The position numbers and the translations under genes are program-made. A stretch of 64,000 bases of DNA. It comes from the human T2T-CHM13v2.0 reference genome, Homo sapiens. Below the pieces are notes generated by a model that searched no databases, was not told the DNA's origin, and was given only the letters and a program-made list of their open reading frames with translations. Below, one piece after another: positions 1 through 15,379 of the stretch. The stretch is taken from assembly GCF_009914755.1 (NCBI RefSeq), contig NC_060946.1; one strand, given 5' to 3'. Positions within the stretch are counted from its first letter, which is position 1, and each line of letters opens with the position of its first letter.

Positions 1-329
1 CAGTCTCTGCATGCCTCTGTTGGCTGCCATCGGGGGCAGACCACTCCCACTGCCCATCCTTGGACTCCACTGTTTTGGTTTCCCTGGGCAGTTACCCTCT
101 GTCTGGGCAAGTGAAGATTCTCAGCCTGAGCCCAATATCAACAATGTTCCAGGCTGAAACAGCAGTAGCCAATTGTCTGCCCATTTCTGAACGGTTCTTA
201 CTATTCTGGAACTGTAGTCCTTATACTTTTTTTCTTTGCTTTCACAGTTCTGGATTCCCTTAAAAATACTATTTCTGTGTTAAGTGTTTTCTAGCTGTCA
301 GCACACATGCTGTCTTACCGTGACCTATT

Positions 330-1040
330 ATATCTTTCTTGGAAACAGAAGGCACTACTGGTTTTTGAATGCTGATCTTATATTTTGGAATCTCACTGAG
401 TGTTCTTATTAGTCGTAAAGCCTTATCTATAAATTCTCCTGGAAAGTTCCCTTCAATCCTTCTTTTAATGACAATTTGAATTATAAATGAGGATTGAATT
501 TTTTCAAAATTTTTTCAGAATGGATTTAGCGAATTATGCGAATTTCTCATTTAATGTGATGTATTATACAATAAGTTTTTCTGATATGGAACCATCCTTG
601 CATTTCTTAGATTCACCCTATCCTTTCATAATGTATTTTCTAAAATATTACTGAACCTGACTTCCTAGTTTTCCATTTTACACTTTCATGTCTATTTTTC
701 TATAGATTTCTTTACTTTTGTATTATTCTTAGTGGATTTTGGTATAAAGGTCTTATTAGCCTCAAATGAATTTGAATTATGCCCCACCTTTCTCATTCTT
801 TAATGCATAGACTATTGGATTTACCTGTACATTAAAGGTCTGACATAACAGGTTTATAAAATGTTAAGCTCCCAGGGAATGAGGTGCGATGGTCAGGAGA
901 GGGGATAATAATAGATTTTGTACAATGTTTAATGGATATTAGACTTTTAAGTCTAACATTTTTTTCTTCTTCTGCCAACTTTGGTCATTTTTATTTCTTT
1001 CAAATCATTTTATTTAAGTTTCAAATGTATTGGTAAGTAT
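330..1040 (-). mobile_element. Old, degraded L1M fragment
   Basis: T-rich tract with antisense L1-like phrases (ttttctgatatggaaccatccttgcatttc; ggattttggtataaaggt...agcctcaaatgaattt). Confidence 0.6.
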
Positions 1041-1052
1041 GCTGCTTGTAGT

Positions 1053-1350
1053 ATTTTTTTTTTTTTTTTGAGACAGGGTCTTGCTTTGTCGCCCAGGCTG
1101 GAGTGGTGGCACGATCTCGGCTCACTGCAAGCTCTGCCTCCCGGGTTCACACCATTCTCCTGCCTCAGCCTCCTGAGTAGCTGGGACTACAGGTGCCTGC
1201 CACCATACCTGGCTGATTTTTTTGTATTTTTAGTAGAGACGGGGTTTCACTGTGTTAGCCAGGATAGTCTCGATCTCCTGACCTCATGATCCGCCCGCCT
1301 CAGCCTCCCAAAGTGCTGGGATTACAGGCATGAGCCACCATGCCCTGTCT
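1053..1350 (-). mobile_element. Alu (AluY-like)
   Basis: Full antisense Alu with Y-type phrases (gcaagctc, ccattctcc, gtgttagccagga); TSD tgcttgtagtattttt on both sides. Confidence 0.95.
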
Positions 1351-1496
1351 GCTTGTAGTATTTTTGAAATAATTTGTAAAAGCTCTCCTGTTTTTGTAGT
1401 TAAAAGACTTATGCTGTATAACTCTCCCTTCTCACTCCCTTTCTCCATTTTTTTCTTAATCAGACTTGCTAGAGGCTTTATTTATTTAAAAAGTAT

Positions 1497-1780
1497 GTTT
1501 TGTTTTGTTTGTCTTTGAGACAGGGTCTGGCTCTGTTGCCCAGGCTGGAGTGCAGTGGCATGATCTTGGCTCACTGCAAGCTTTGCTTCACAGGCTGAAG
1601 CCAACTGAGTGGCTGGGACTACAGGCACATGCCACACCCGGCTAACTTTGTATTCTTTTTGTAGAGATGGGGTTTCACTATGTTGCCCAGGCTGGTCCTG
1701 AACTCCTGAGCTCAAGTGACCAGCCTGCCTCGGCCTCCCAGAGTGCTGGGATTACAGGTGTGAGCCACCGCTCCTGACCA
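1497..1780 (-). mobile_element. Alu (AluJ-like, internal deletion)
   Basis: Antisense Alu, right monomer shortened; flanking aaaagtat repeat. Confidence 0.9.
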
Positions 1781-2294
1781 AAAGTATTTTTTGTGCTTGT
1801 GGATATTCTCCATTGTTCCAATGTCTTGGGGTCAGAGTGTTGGCAATTGTCTTGCTGGTAGCCAGATTTGAGGATGACGAGTTTGCCCAAGGGAGACAAT
1901 ATTATAGTAAACAGTAATTGCGTGGCATCATTAAGTCCTTAAGGACAGGAATGGGGCATTATTCATCCTTTGATCTTCAGTATCCAGCACATGTAGAGAG
2001 CTCCATGATGCTTTGCAAATTGATGAATAGGATAGGACCGACAGAGATGCCAGAATTGCATACAAACCGTGTGACCTTTGCAATATCCACCCCCTAATAC
2101 CTCATTGCCATCTCTGCAGCCAGTAAACTAGATTTTAGCAGAGATGGAAAGACCATTTATTTGGGTCATACTTCCTCAAATGCAAAATGGCTCCATCCAT
2201 TGTGGGTTTTGGCCCTAAAATATAGAGCTTTCCAGAGCAGTTCTATTTGTTGGACAGGAAATGGCTCTACACCCTTCTCAATAGATGGATACCA

Positions 2295-2640
2295 ATCAGT
2301 TTCATTCCAGCCAAGCCAAGCCAACTAAACCCAACGAAATCTACTTAACCCAATTCAATCCACATCAATTCAACTGAAATAAACCGACATAACCCAACTT
2401 AGTACAACCTCACCACCGACACAATACAACCCCATTCAACTTGACCTTATTCAGCAAAAACCATTGAACCCAACAAATTCCAACAAATTACATTTCAACA
2501 TGATGCAACAGACCACTTCTCAGCCACCTAAGTCAACCCAATACAAGCCAATCCAAGTCAGCACAACTCCCAGCACAAGATAGTCCCACAACCCAATGAA
2601 ATTCAATCTAGCGCAATTTAATAAACTGTTTCAACAACTC
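2295..2640. repeat. Degenerate pentamer (CCAAY/TCAAC-like) low-complexity repeat
   Basis: G-poor ~340 bp with ~5-bp CAA periodicity (ccaag ccaag ccaac ... ccaat tcaat). Confidence 0.75.
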
Positions 2641-3039
2641 TTTTGTCTAAGGAAGGTAAGGTACTTTGGACAGAAGACCAAAATAATGTCTCTTAAATGT
2701 CTATTTGTTTACCATTCGTGTTTAATGGAACTCTTGAAATTATAGCCTCTCCAAATCTCCTCAGTGTGTGAGGTAACTGAAACTCAGGAATTAAAGCCGC
2801 CTCCCCTCTCTGGCCCCTGAATCCTCACACTTTATTTTATGGAGTTACTGGTCTCATCTGAACTAGATTGTGAGTGCTTGGGGGCAGAAACGGTGTCAAA
2901 TTCATCTCCCTTCAGTACCTTTAGATGGGCATCAAGAAAATATAGTTTAAACGTATAAATGACTAGAAGTTTGTGAAGCTTATTCAGTTTTGGAGGTCAG
3001 TAGCGTTTTATCCCCTTTGGGGACCTGGCTGAGGAGGAT

Positions 3040-3275
3040 TGTCAGGAGGGCCCACAGACGGACCTAGGTTTGACTCCTGGCTTTGCCACCTACTATCTGT
3101 GTGCCCTTGGGCAAGTCATACCACCTTTCTGGGGCTCAGTTTCCTTGTTCATAAAGTGAGGGATGTATTACTGACTCTAGGGCTGTTCTGGGGATAAATA
3201 TTGAGTTGACACATGTGAAGCACTTCCACCATATCTGACATATAATTGAGGATGCATAAATACCTACTATATTTT
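3040..3275 (+). mobile_element. MIR
   Basis: MIR core: gtgtgcccttgggcaagtcat...ctcagtttcctt. Confidence 0.85.
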
Positions 3276-4494
3276 TTTCCCTGAGTTTCCTTGTTCAGCA
3301 TTTTCTTTTAGTGACTTGGGGACAGCAGCCTCTGTGGACCAGAAAATTTCAAAACTCTCTCTGGATCCCTTGTAGGATAATACCCTCTCTTGTGATAATT
3401 TCATTGGCATAATTGTCAAATAACCACCATTTGTTTTGTATTTTACTATGGTTCTTTAGCTCAAATAAGCCTGCAAATGATTGATCTGGTGGAAGTATGA
3501 ATTTATACATATAAATAATTAGGGTACAACACACTGTGAGAATCACAATCATTTGGACACCCACTGTTTCCCAGGATGCGTGGGTAGAGAGCTAAAAGCA
3601 ATGTGATCCCTGTCCCCAAGGAATGTACAGTTTAGTGGAGAACCTGATGCAGAAATAAGACTGGAAGGGGCTAACTTTGACTGAAGGCTCCAGCTACGGC
3701 AGCCTCGTATGCTGAGCAGTGGGTTGCCACGTAGGAAGGTAGCTTATTCTGGGCCACCACTGGTGAGTTTTCAACCAGGCCTTTTCTCTCTCTGACACTC
3801 AGTTTCTTCAACTGCAAAGTGGGGATCGTGGGGCATAGAAGACATCCTCGTTGGTTGTTGTGAAGATTCAGTGAGAGAGTGACCAGTTCTTAAAGCAATT
3901 CTCTGTCTTGAGTCATGAAGAATACATTTGTTGGACTCCACTTTCCATTACGAGAAATACACATTCCATCATCTGAACTACTGGACAAGCGCTTGCGGCT
4001 CTCAGACACACAAATGGCCCCGTATGAACAATTTGGCCACCACCATCTCTCTCGGTGCCAGATTGCCTGTGGCAGGAGTTGTGGCTGACCCTAAGTCCTC
4101 AGACTGGGGCTCACGTCTAAGCCACATTTGCTGTACTGGGCATGCCAGGACAGCTGGTTCCAAAGTCAACTGCATTCCCTGCCGAGGAGCCAGGGCTGAA
4201 GTCTTCATCACAGCCTGGTTATGGCTTAGGCATTATAAATGATGCTGTGCTGACAGCCAGGTGGACAGCCTGCCTAACTGGATGATGCTTCATCTGTCCT
4301 GACAGGGACAGCCCTGCAAATAGAATCTGAGGGATGGCAGACCTATTGGAGTCATCGTGTCCTTCCACTGAGTCTGGTGGGACTCTCTTCCACTCATCTC
4401 AGACTGGAAGATGCCTGCCTTTTTTCTTTCTTATAAGTCTCCACAGAGAAAGGGAGCTCTCCCCAGGACACACTTTATTTTTCTTTTGGCAGTG

Positions 4495-4625
4495 GTTAGT
4501 GCAGGGTTAAAAAGTTCTGGAGTCAGATCTGTGTTCAAATCTGGATTGAGCCACTCACAAGCTGTGTGACCTTGGGCAAGTTACCAAACCTCTCTGAGCC
4601 TCAGTTCCCTTACTGTTAAAATAAA
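4495..4625 (+). mobile_element. MIR
   Basis: gctgtgtgaccttgggcaagttaccaaacctctctgagcctcagtt. Confidence 0.9.
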
Positions 4626-5130
4626 AAAGAAGAATGATGACCAGCTCCAAGAGTTGATGTGGGTTTCAGTTGGAAGAAGGATCACAGGAAATGCTCTGGG
4701 AATGGGAGGTGTGATTTTTTGGGGGGACACTGGGTCATCAAGGACAATTGCTCTGCCCCCTCCCTTGGCGTGCATGGGAATGGTGAGAGCTGCCCATCAC
4801 TTGGGACAGGTATAGCTCTGTCTGGTTCCAGGGCTAGATAAGACCCCCTCTGAAGGGCCACTGGTGTCCTCTCCCGGGCCCTACTCAGGAGGCAGAGTAG
4901 CACAATGGGAGGACACAGGACTGAGGATCAGGGCTTGATTCCTGGCTGGGTGACCTTAGTACATCAACTGCTTTCTGTAGGCCATAGCTGATGGGGAAAG
5001 CCCTGGATAGAGCTTTAAAAAATAGCCATGTTTGTGTTTGTGGTTCTCAAACTACCCTTCAGGGAACAGAAGTGCTTCAGATGTGGCTGTGCTCACCCCC
5101 ATGCCCAGCCTTCATTAAAAATAGATTTGT

Positions 5131-5436
5131 GGCTGAACACAGTGGCTCCTGTCTGTCATCTCAGCACTTTGGGAGGCTGAAGTAAAAGGGTTGCTTGAGG
5201 CCACAAGTTCTAGATCAGCTTGGGCAGTGTAGTGAGATCACATCTCTACAAAAATAGGTTAAAAATTAACCAGGGATGGTGGCGCATGTCTGTAGTCTCA
5301 GCTACTCAAAAGGCAAAAACAAGAAGATCATTTGGGCTCAGGAATTTGAGGCTGCAATGAGCTATGGTCGTACCACTGCACTCCAGCCTGGGTGACAGAG
5401 CGAGACCTCATCTCTAAAAAATTAGAAAGAAAAATA
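5131..5436 (+). mobile_element. Alu (AluJ-like)
   Basis: Diverged dimeric Alu with A tail; TSD aaaaatagatttgtg on both sides. Confidence 0.93.
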
Positions 5437-5799
5437 AAAAATAGATTTGTGTTCCAAGTAAGAAAAGCTTAACAAGCTGCTGTTGCCAGCAGACTCTAGG
5501 TTTACTTGGAGGAGGTGGGGATTGTATTCTACCTCCAGCACCATGGCCCTCAAAGGCACCCAATGGTAAGTGTCCTCCGTGGCTCCCTGTTGCTTTTTGA
5601 GAGTCAGGCCTTCACTGGGCACTCAAGGCTTTCCAACCTGACCTGCCCCCTCCAGCTCACTCCCACACTTTGGTGCTCCAGTTATTCAACTCCAGGCCAT
5701 TCTATGACTGCTTTTGCTGTGGCCCAACATTTCCTTTTGCGCACTGCAATTCCCTCCACTTTGAAAGCTGTTCATCCGCTTCTCCATGGAGTCCCGTTC

Positions 5800-6535
<736 letters not shown>

Positions 6536-6629
6536 AGTCTAATTCTTTACTTATTCTTCTAGACCACATTGAAATGTCCTCTCACATCAGAAGGTTTCTA
6601 TTTTGAGCCCTCCAGGGAGAGGTCAGCAA

Positions 6630-6970
6630 TTATTCATGCATTCCAATGCCGCATTTGTGGAATGCTTTACTATGTGCCAGATGTGGGGGATAAAGAGTGA
6701 ACAAAAAGAGACACAGTCTCTAACTTCATGGAGTTTATATCCTGTTCAAAACAGAGAGTTAATCAAATACAGACACAATTGAGTATGTATTTAGAAATCT
6801 AAATTAGTGCCCCTAATGAAACAAGTTGTAGCAGAATGCTTAACAAGGGATCTGACTAAATTGGTGTATTGGAAGAGGCTTCCCTAAAGAAGGGATGCTG
6901 AAGCTTCAGGTCCAATTAGACAGGTGAGTGCGGAGTAGGGAGGGCAGCATGTGCAAAGGTTCTGTGGCAG
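6630..6970 (-). mobile_element. L2 3' fragment
   Basis: tactatgtgccag...acagtctctaacttcatggagttta...gcatgtgcaaagg, antisense L2 3' end pattern. Confidence 0.75.
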
Positions 6971-6983
6971 GAATGATGGTGTA

Positions 6984-7103
6984 TGGTGACTGCCCATCTT
7001 GGTCTACCCCAGGTAGTCCCTATTGTCCTGGCTTATTGATTAATAGCATTCTCTTCCTTTCTCCAAAGTGGCCTGGTTTGGAAGGTAAATTATATGGTTG
7101 ACT
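6984..7103. mobile_element. MER94-like hAT DNA transposon relic
   Basis: ggtgac...attaatagc...aaagtggcctggtttgga...taaattatatggt resembles the recalled MER94 consensus. Confidence 0.65.
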
Positions 7104-7120
7104 AACTGAATAAAAAGAAG

Positions 7121-7416
<296 letters not shown>

Positions 7417-8087
7417 CTAGAGTGTCAGGACTGCCATGCTGGAGAGGCTGGCAGGGACTAGACCACATAGAAGGCTGGAGAAGGAGATCATTATCTTGCC
7501 TAAGAATAATGAGACACCATTCACCATTGAAGGGTTTCAGACAGGGTGTGCCAGGGTATTCTCTACTTTTCAAAACAACTTCCCCCTTCTCTATTCTCCC
7601 AAAGTGTTTTTGGTGCCTGCTCTCTTGAGGATCCACCTTGCATATTATGGGTTGTCGTTTCCATAGTTCTTCTCTCCCTAGACTGTGAGCTTTGTGAGGG
7701 ACAGAAGGAACCTCTCCTGGACAATGCTTCGTGTCCTTCTCCTTCCTGCTTGCTGGGTGTTGGGTGGGAACAAATTTATGGAGGCTCTCCCATGGCTTCA
7801 AAGCTGGAGCTACATTGGGTAGTTTATGTGAATAATAAATTAACTTCTATTATGTCTGAGCCATTATAAATGACTAGGAAATATTCAAAGGGAAAATACT
7901 AGCTACTGTGCATTGAGCTCATGGCCTGTGTTAGGCCTTGCACACTTTATACACACTATTTCATTTAATCATGAAAATATTTACTTCATGGATAAGGAAA
8001 CAAAGATTCACAGAGGTGACTTGCGCAAGGCGACACAGTGAATGAGCTGGGATTTAAACCAAGAATGTCTGACTTAAAAGCCAAAGC

Positions 8088-8368
<281 letters not shown>

Positions 8369-9034
8369 TATCCAAAGCTCTTAAAACAGCAACCATGAAA
8401 TTAGCAGCCCTCAATTTCTCCATTTGTGGGAGCAGAGAGAATCTCCCCACCCTGTGGATCCAAAGATGAGGTTGGCCATTGTCCTGCTAGGTAGAGCTTC
8501 ACCAGAGCAGATGCTGGGGTAAGGGAGGTGTGTGGGAGAGACGGGCATCCCACACCTGCAGTCATAGCCTCTGCTCCCATGTCTACATCAAGTACCCAGC
8601 TCAGACGGGGGGCGGTGGTATTTCTTTCACCAGCCTGCAGTTTGGCAGGTTCCTCAAAGAGAAATGCTCTTACGTTCATTTAAAAGTCTAAGTAGGGACA
8701 GCACAAATTATTAGTGTTTGAAATATTTATAAAGTCTCTTGTTTGCAATGGCATAGGAGGTGATAGACCACAAATAAAAGAAAACCGCAGATGCACCACG
8801 CATGTAGAGAGACGGAGAGGGGCAGGAATGTTGTCTGCCTGCCGCCACCTCATTTTTGAAGGCTGCTAAGCCAGGTGAATTTTCATTCTGTGTTTTCTGA
8901 AACTGACTTCCTTTCTACGGCTCTGTTCACCTCTCCCTCCTTAAAATGATCACCAGACACTTAAACGGAAGATTTCAACATCACAAACCATGAACATTAG
9001 GGCAAGCTGGGGGAAAGGCAGATGAAATCACTCT

Positions 9035-9333
<299 letters not shown>

Positions 9334-9849
9334 AGAAACACTACTTTAAAATTTTTCTGGGAGTCTAAAATGATATCAAAATTAAAAAGTTTAAAAAACA
9401 CACATACACACAACATAAACTTACACAGCGTTTAAGTTGGGGAAAAAAAGCATGGAGAAAAATAAATGTGCTTTTCTGATTTAATAGATGTAAAAACCAA
9501 AGTCACGCAGTGAGTCAAGGATGAAAAGTGAGGTCGTCCGTCCGACTTCCAGCCCAGACCTCCCTTTTTGCTGATCTTTGGCCACTTAAATGCACATGCT
9601 AATAATTTAGAAAATAGGTGCTTAGGTCCTGCTTTGGGAATTACCATGGCTTAAATGTATTCATTGATGTGCATATGTACATACATCTGTTTATACATGC
9701 ATATGCATTCATTCACTCATATCAGTGAATGAATGAATGAATGAACTCATTTGCACTCATTTACTAACTCAGCAAGTACTGTGCTATGTGCAGGAGATGC
9801 AGCAGTGAGCAAGAGAGATTTGGCCCTGCCTTTCCTGAGCTAGTAAAAG

Positions 9850-10570
9850 ACGTGGATTCAGGTAACGTCTTGCGCTTCCAGTTGATCCCACGAGGAGCTC
9901 TGGAGTGTGACTTGTACCCTAGAGTTGTCCTGCCTTGGAGTAAAGAGGCTGGCCTTTTGTACCCTTGTATTAGTCAATTATTGGCTACATGACACCAGTG
10001 TATCCAACTGGTGCAGAGGGGATGGTGCACCCTCTCCAGGATTTTCAGGTAAGGCAACTCCTGTCAGTGGAGGGCAGTGTTAGCTGTGGGGTGCTGCTGT
10101 GTTAGCAGCAAACATTCACCACGGCAGGGGGCTGGACTTACCAATGTACATTACCAGTTTAATATACATTTAATGTACAACACCAGTTTAATGCACATTT
10201 AATGTACCATCAAGGAGGTTGGATGCATTGACTTTTCAAAGGGGATCTGAGTGGGGCACCAATGGCATCTACTACGTGAGAGACAGAGCTTTATCCTACT
10301 GGGAAAGTGGGGGAGGCAATCTAGAATTCACACTTCTATGTGATCTCAATTTGAGGGATGAGGGAGCTGGGCTATTTACCCACCAACTCCTGGCAGCCCT
10401 TACTGAAGGTGACTCCTGGGGAGGTTAATTCTCAGTGTGGCCTGTGTGTAGCCACAGAGAGCTCCAGCAGCCGACAGTCATGTGCTGGAAGGTGGAGATT
10501 GGGCAGATGTGCTTGGAAATGGGGAGCATTATGGAAATGTGGGTGTGTGGGATGCCAAGATCATCTGCTC
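9850..10570. mobile_element. Old ERVL-type LTR relics (LTR33-like)
   Basis: ggagctctggag...agagttgtcctgccttgg...ggccttttgtaccc...agtcaattattggct resembles recalled LTR33; a second degraded copy may lie at ~10290-10570. Confidence 0.5.
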
Positions 10571-10864
10571 CAGGTGGCCTGGACCAATCAGACTTATCCC
10601 CCAGAAATGTGGAATGAGGAAGCTGGTGGAAGCTTGGAGTCTCAGGTCAGCTGAGGACCAGAGCAAGGAAATGACAGCTGTGGCTGGAGTGGTCATCATG
10701 GCCTTTTGCGTGGTGAAAATGTATGGGCATGAAGGTAAGGCGTCATCAGCATTAATGGCCAGGACAGATGGGGAGTAGGGAGCTGTGTGCATGGAGATGC
10801 TGGGGAGTCACTTGGGCAAGGGGGTAGTTGGCTGGGGACCCCACCTGGCTTCTGATTATTATTT

Positions 10865-11250
10865 TATTTGTTCATTCATTCTACAGATATTTATTGAGAC
10901 TACTGAGATCATGATGTGCCAAGCATTGTGCTCAATGCGGGGAATATGAAGGAGGAATAAAACAGACAGGGTCCTTGCTCCCTTGGGGTTTATGTTTTAT
11001 GTGTGTGTGGGGGTGGGGGTGGGGGCAGGTAGGAGGGGGGATAAGTAAATAAATGAACAAGATAATCAGAGAGTCAGGTACATTCAGTAAAGGAAACCCA
11101 ACAGGGTGCAAGGTGGAGAGTATCTGATGATGAGGGTACTTTCAACAGGCGATCATAGGCAAATTCTGACCATCTCCACTTTACAGATGAGGAAACCGAG
11201 GCTTTGAGAGGGTAAGGAACTTGCCCAAGTGCATTCAGCTAGGAAGCGGC
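10865..11250 (-). mobile_element. L2 3' fragment followed by MIR
   Basis: ttcattcatt...atatttattgag (L2 tail); tttacagatgaggaaaccgaggct...cttgcccaag (MIR). Confidence 0.8.
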
Positions 11251-11499
11251 CCTTACTGTAGATCTCTTCTGTCTCTCTGTAATACCTTCTACTCCTTGGC
11301 TCTGGGTTAGTTAATTCCTTGAGCCAACAGAGATTAGAGCCACTCTTTTTGCTTTCCCTATCAGTGATTTTATGATTTGGAGAGCAGGACACTGATCCTC
11401 CTGAGTCCCTGCCCAGACCCTTCTGGGCACGCACTGGCCTGGGATGAGCTGTGACTCACAGCTTTGGGGCCATCCTCACATTGCAACTGTCAGGGTCCA

Positions 11500-11720
11500 G
11501 GAGAGTAGAGTGGCTCTGGGGACAGGGAGGCTCGTCCCGGCCCACCACTCGTTCACTGTGGGACCTTGGGCGAATGACCTCACTTCTCCAAGTCCCAGTT
11601 TCCTCCTCTGTCACATGCCAGCACCAGTTGTCTCTACCTCCTGGCACTATTGTGAAGATTAAACGAGCTAACACTTGTGTAGGAGTTGGCGCCGTGCCCA
11701 GCACAGTAAACACTCACATC
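11500..11720 (+). mobile_element. MIR
   Basis: tgtgggaccttgggc...cagtttcctcctctgt...ttgtgaagattaaacgag. Confidence 0.8.
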
Positions 11721-12828
11721 AAGCTCAGTTTGGGCAGCTGCTGCCCCCAAATACTCTGATCACCTGTCGGAGGGTCCGAAGGGGCAGGGGAAGGCAGGCA
11801 CTCTCATCCATGATCTTTAAGACCCTCAGCCCCTGAATGACCCTGAACCGGAGCCGGGGGTGGAGAAGAGGCAATTTTCCGACTTTGGGTCAGGACTGCC
11901 AAAGCCAATTAGGGAAGTCAGACGGGCGGCAGCCTCCAGCACCCAAGCAAACCGATGTGGCAGCCAGCGGAGGGGCCAGCTCACTCTGACCTTAAACCCA
12001 AACGCTCCTGCCCACATCTGCAGCTAAATAAACCAAGTAAATCATGCTGGCAGATAGATAATTAAATAATTATCAGGCACTTAATAACAAGGAGTGGGTG
12101 TTCTGAATTACCATATTAGACAGTGTCTTTGAGGACTAATTGTTGCATTACATCAGAGTTACTCATTCATTATTCTTGTCATTTCGGGTGATAATTTGCA
12201 CTTTAGGAGACAGCGACAATTTTAGCAGGCAATTAGAGACGTGTCAGGCCTGGCCCCGTGAGTTACTGTCACAATTATTGCCTTTTTTTCCAGGGTCCTC
12301 ATTTGCAGTCGTGTATTTAAGGGGATTTGGGTAATTCCAGGCCTGGGCAAAACAACCAACCCACGGGATAGCGGCAGGGTGAGGACACAGCAGCCGCCAC
12401 CATTGGAGCAAGGAAGGGGCGGCTTTCCCAGAAGTGGTGGTGCGGAGCTCGGGCCAGCAGGCAGAGCTGAGCAGGGCTGTCGGAGCCACATCCAGTCACT
12501 GAAAACGAGAGTTCTACCTCCCAAGTAGTTCGTGATGCTGTCTGTTCCTCTCTTGGCTTCTTGCCACCCACTCAACCTAGGCTTTTGTTACTGCTTACCT
12601 GAACCTTTGCGATGAGTTCTTCCCAGGCCCTGGGGAGGCAGAAAGGAGGAGAGAATGAGAAGGGAGAACAGAGAAGAGGAGAGGGGAAGGAGTAAAAGAG
12701 AGGAAGGAAAAAAGATGTAGAAATCGTGTTTTTAACTTTCTGTCTTTGATGATGCTTGGGAATTGTGGAGGTCTTGAGGATCCAAGGAGGGAGTGCCCCT
12801 CCCAGGGTTAGGTAATTCCTAGAGGTAG

Positions 12829-13589
<761 letters not shown>

Positions 13590-13590
<1 letters not shown>

Positions 13591-13862
13591 AAAATAGAAA
13601 AGAGTATAGGAAACAAGAGAAGAGAATAGAAGAAGGAAGAGAAAAATGAAAGAAAAGAAAGAAGAGAGGGAGATGGAGAGAGAAATAAGAGAGAAAAGGG
13701 AACGGGAGAAAAAAGTTTGAAAGAAGGAGAGAGAAGACTGGAGAAAATGAAGAGGGAGAGAGATGAGAAAAGGGAAAAATCAATGTGGAAAGGAAGGAAA
13801 GGGAGAGGGAGAAGAAAGAGATGGGGGAGAAGTGGAGGAAGAAGGGGAAGACTGGAGGGAAG
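13590..13862. repeat. GA-rich polypurine low-complexity tract
   Basis: Almost pure A/G on + strand. Confidence 0.9.
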
Positions 13863-14478
13863 TTTGCATGTGAAAGTTATATATGAAACCAACATTTTTT
13901 TTTCCATTGCTTGGAGTGTTTACTTTTCAGTGAAATCCAGTGTCTGGGTTCATTTACCCACAGCTGACTCACTTGACCCTGGGCAACTTCAGAACAGACA
14001 CCACGAATCAATGACTCAGAATAGGCTCTCAGAAAATATTTTTAACTGGCTCCACAGTGTGAATCAAGAAAAATAAAGCACGATTAAATACAAACGTGAA
14101 ACTCCACAGAAAGAGAAGAGTTTCAGCTTCAAAGCAATGACTTCTTAGCTCTGTTCTTAGCAATTAGACAGGAAGAGACTGCAGTGGCTGAACTGGGCCT
14201 CCTTTTTCCTTGGCTTAGACTTGGAAGGAATTATCGGTTCAGAATGCATGCTGCCAGGAGAGAGGGCAGCTGCTGGAGGAATGTGTGGCCCAGTAACAGT
14301 CAGAGGTAGTAAAACTCCGTGCCTCAGAATGTAGGCCTGGAGTCTCAGCTCCACTACTTATTAGCTGTGTGACCTTGGGCAAGTCACATTTCTGAAATCA
14401 TAATTTTCTCATCTCAAGGTTGATGTGCTAGTGGGCTTTGCTGAGCTTTATAACAAAATCAAGTCTATAAAGAATTAT

Positions 14479-14772
14479 GGGCCAGGCACTGTGGCTCACA
14501 CCTGTAATACTACACTTTGGGAAGCCAAGGTGGGGGGATCGCTTGAGGCCAGGAGTTTGAAACCAGCCTGGGCAGCATAGTGAGACTCCCATCTCTACAA
14601 AAACTAGAAAAACTAGCTGGGTGTGGTGACGAGCACCTGTAGTGCCAGACACTTGGGAGGCTGAGGGGGAAGATCTCTTGAGCCCAGGAGTTGGAGGCTG
14701 CAGTGAGCTCTGACTGAACCATTGCACTCCAACCTGGGTGGCAGAGTGAGACCTTTACTCTCCACTAAAAAA
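14479..14772 (+). mobile_element. Alu (AluJ-like)
   Basis: Dimeric Alu, J-type phrases; MIR immediately upstream at ~14325-14460. Confidence 0.93.
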
Positions 14773-15379
14773 ATGCATAGGACCTGATGCAAAGAAAGTG
14801 TTTCTGGGTAAGTGGGAGCTACTGTTTTATTATTATTATTTTAAATTTGATTTAGTGTATGGTTATCTGTCCCTGTGTGGCTTTGATCTGAACCCACCAT
14901 CTCCCTGGTCCTATCGGGTTAGAAGGTGATTCTGGTGTTTGGGCTGGTTCCCTCTGGCACTGGAACTGGCCCTTCCTAAGATGGTTCCTCTGAGGGTTAG
15001 GATTTTCCCTTGACCTCACTCCTTGGGGCATGCTACCCCAAACGTCGCAAGTCCACTCCCTGGCTGGGAAGCAGAAGGAAGGGCCATCTACAACATGCAC
15101 TCAGCATCCACTGCATGCCAAGCCTCATGCCAACCACATAACATTCATCACTTTATTAAGCCTCACAGTAGCCTCTGAAGTAGGGGCAAGTAATCCATTC
15201 CCATTTTACACATGAGACAGGCAAAGAGAGGTAGAATAGGTTCTTTAGGGTGATACAGCCACTCAGTGGCAGAGTCAAGATTTGAGCCTGACTCAGGATC
15301 TTTTTGCAGTCTTCCCTGTCTCCTAAGATGCAATATCATTACCTGATGTGGTCACCCCACAGGTGAAAAACTCTAACAG

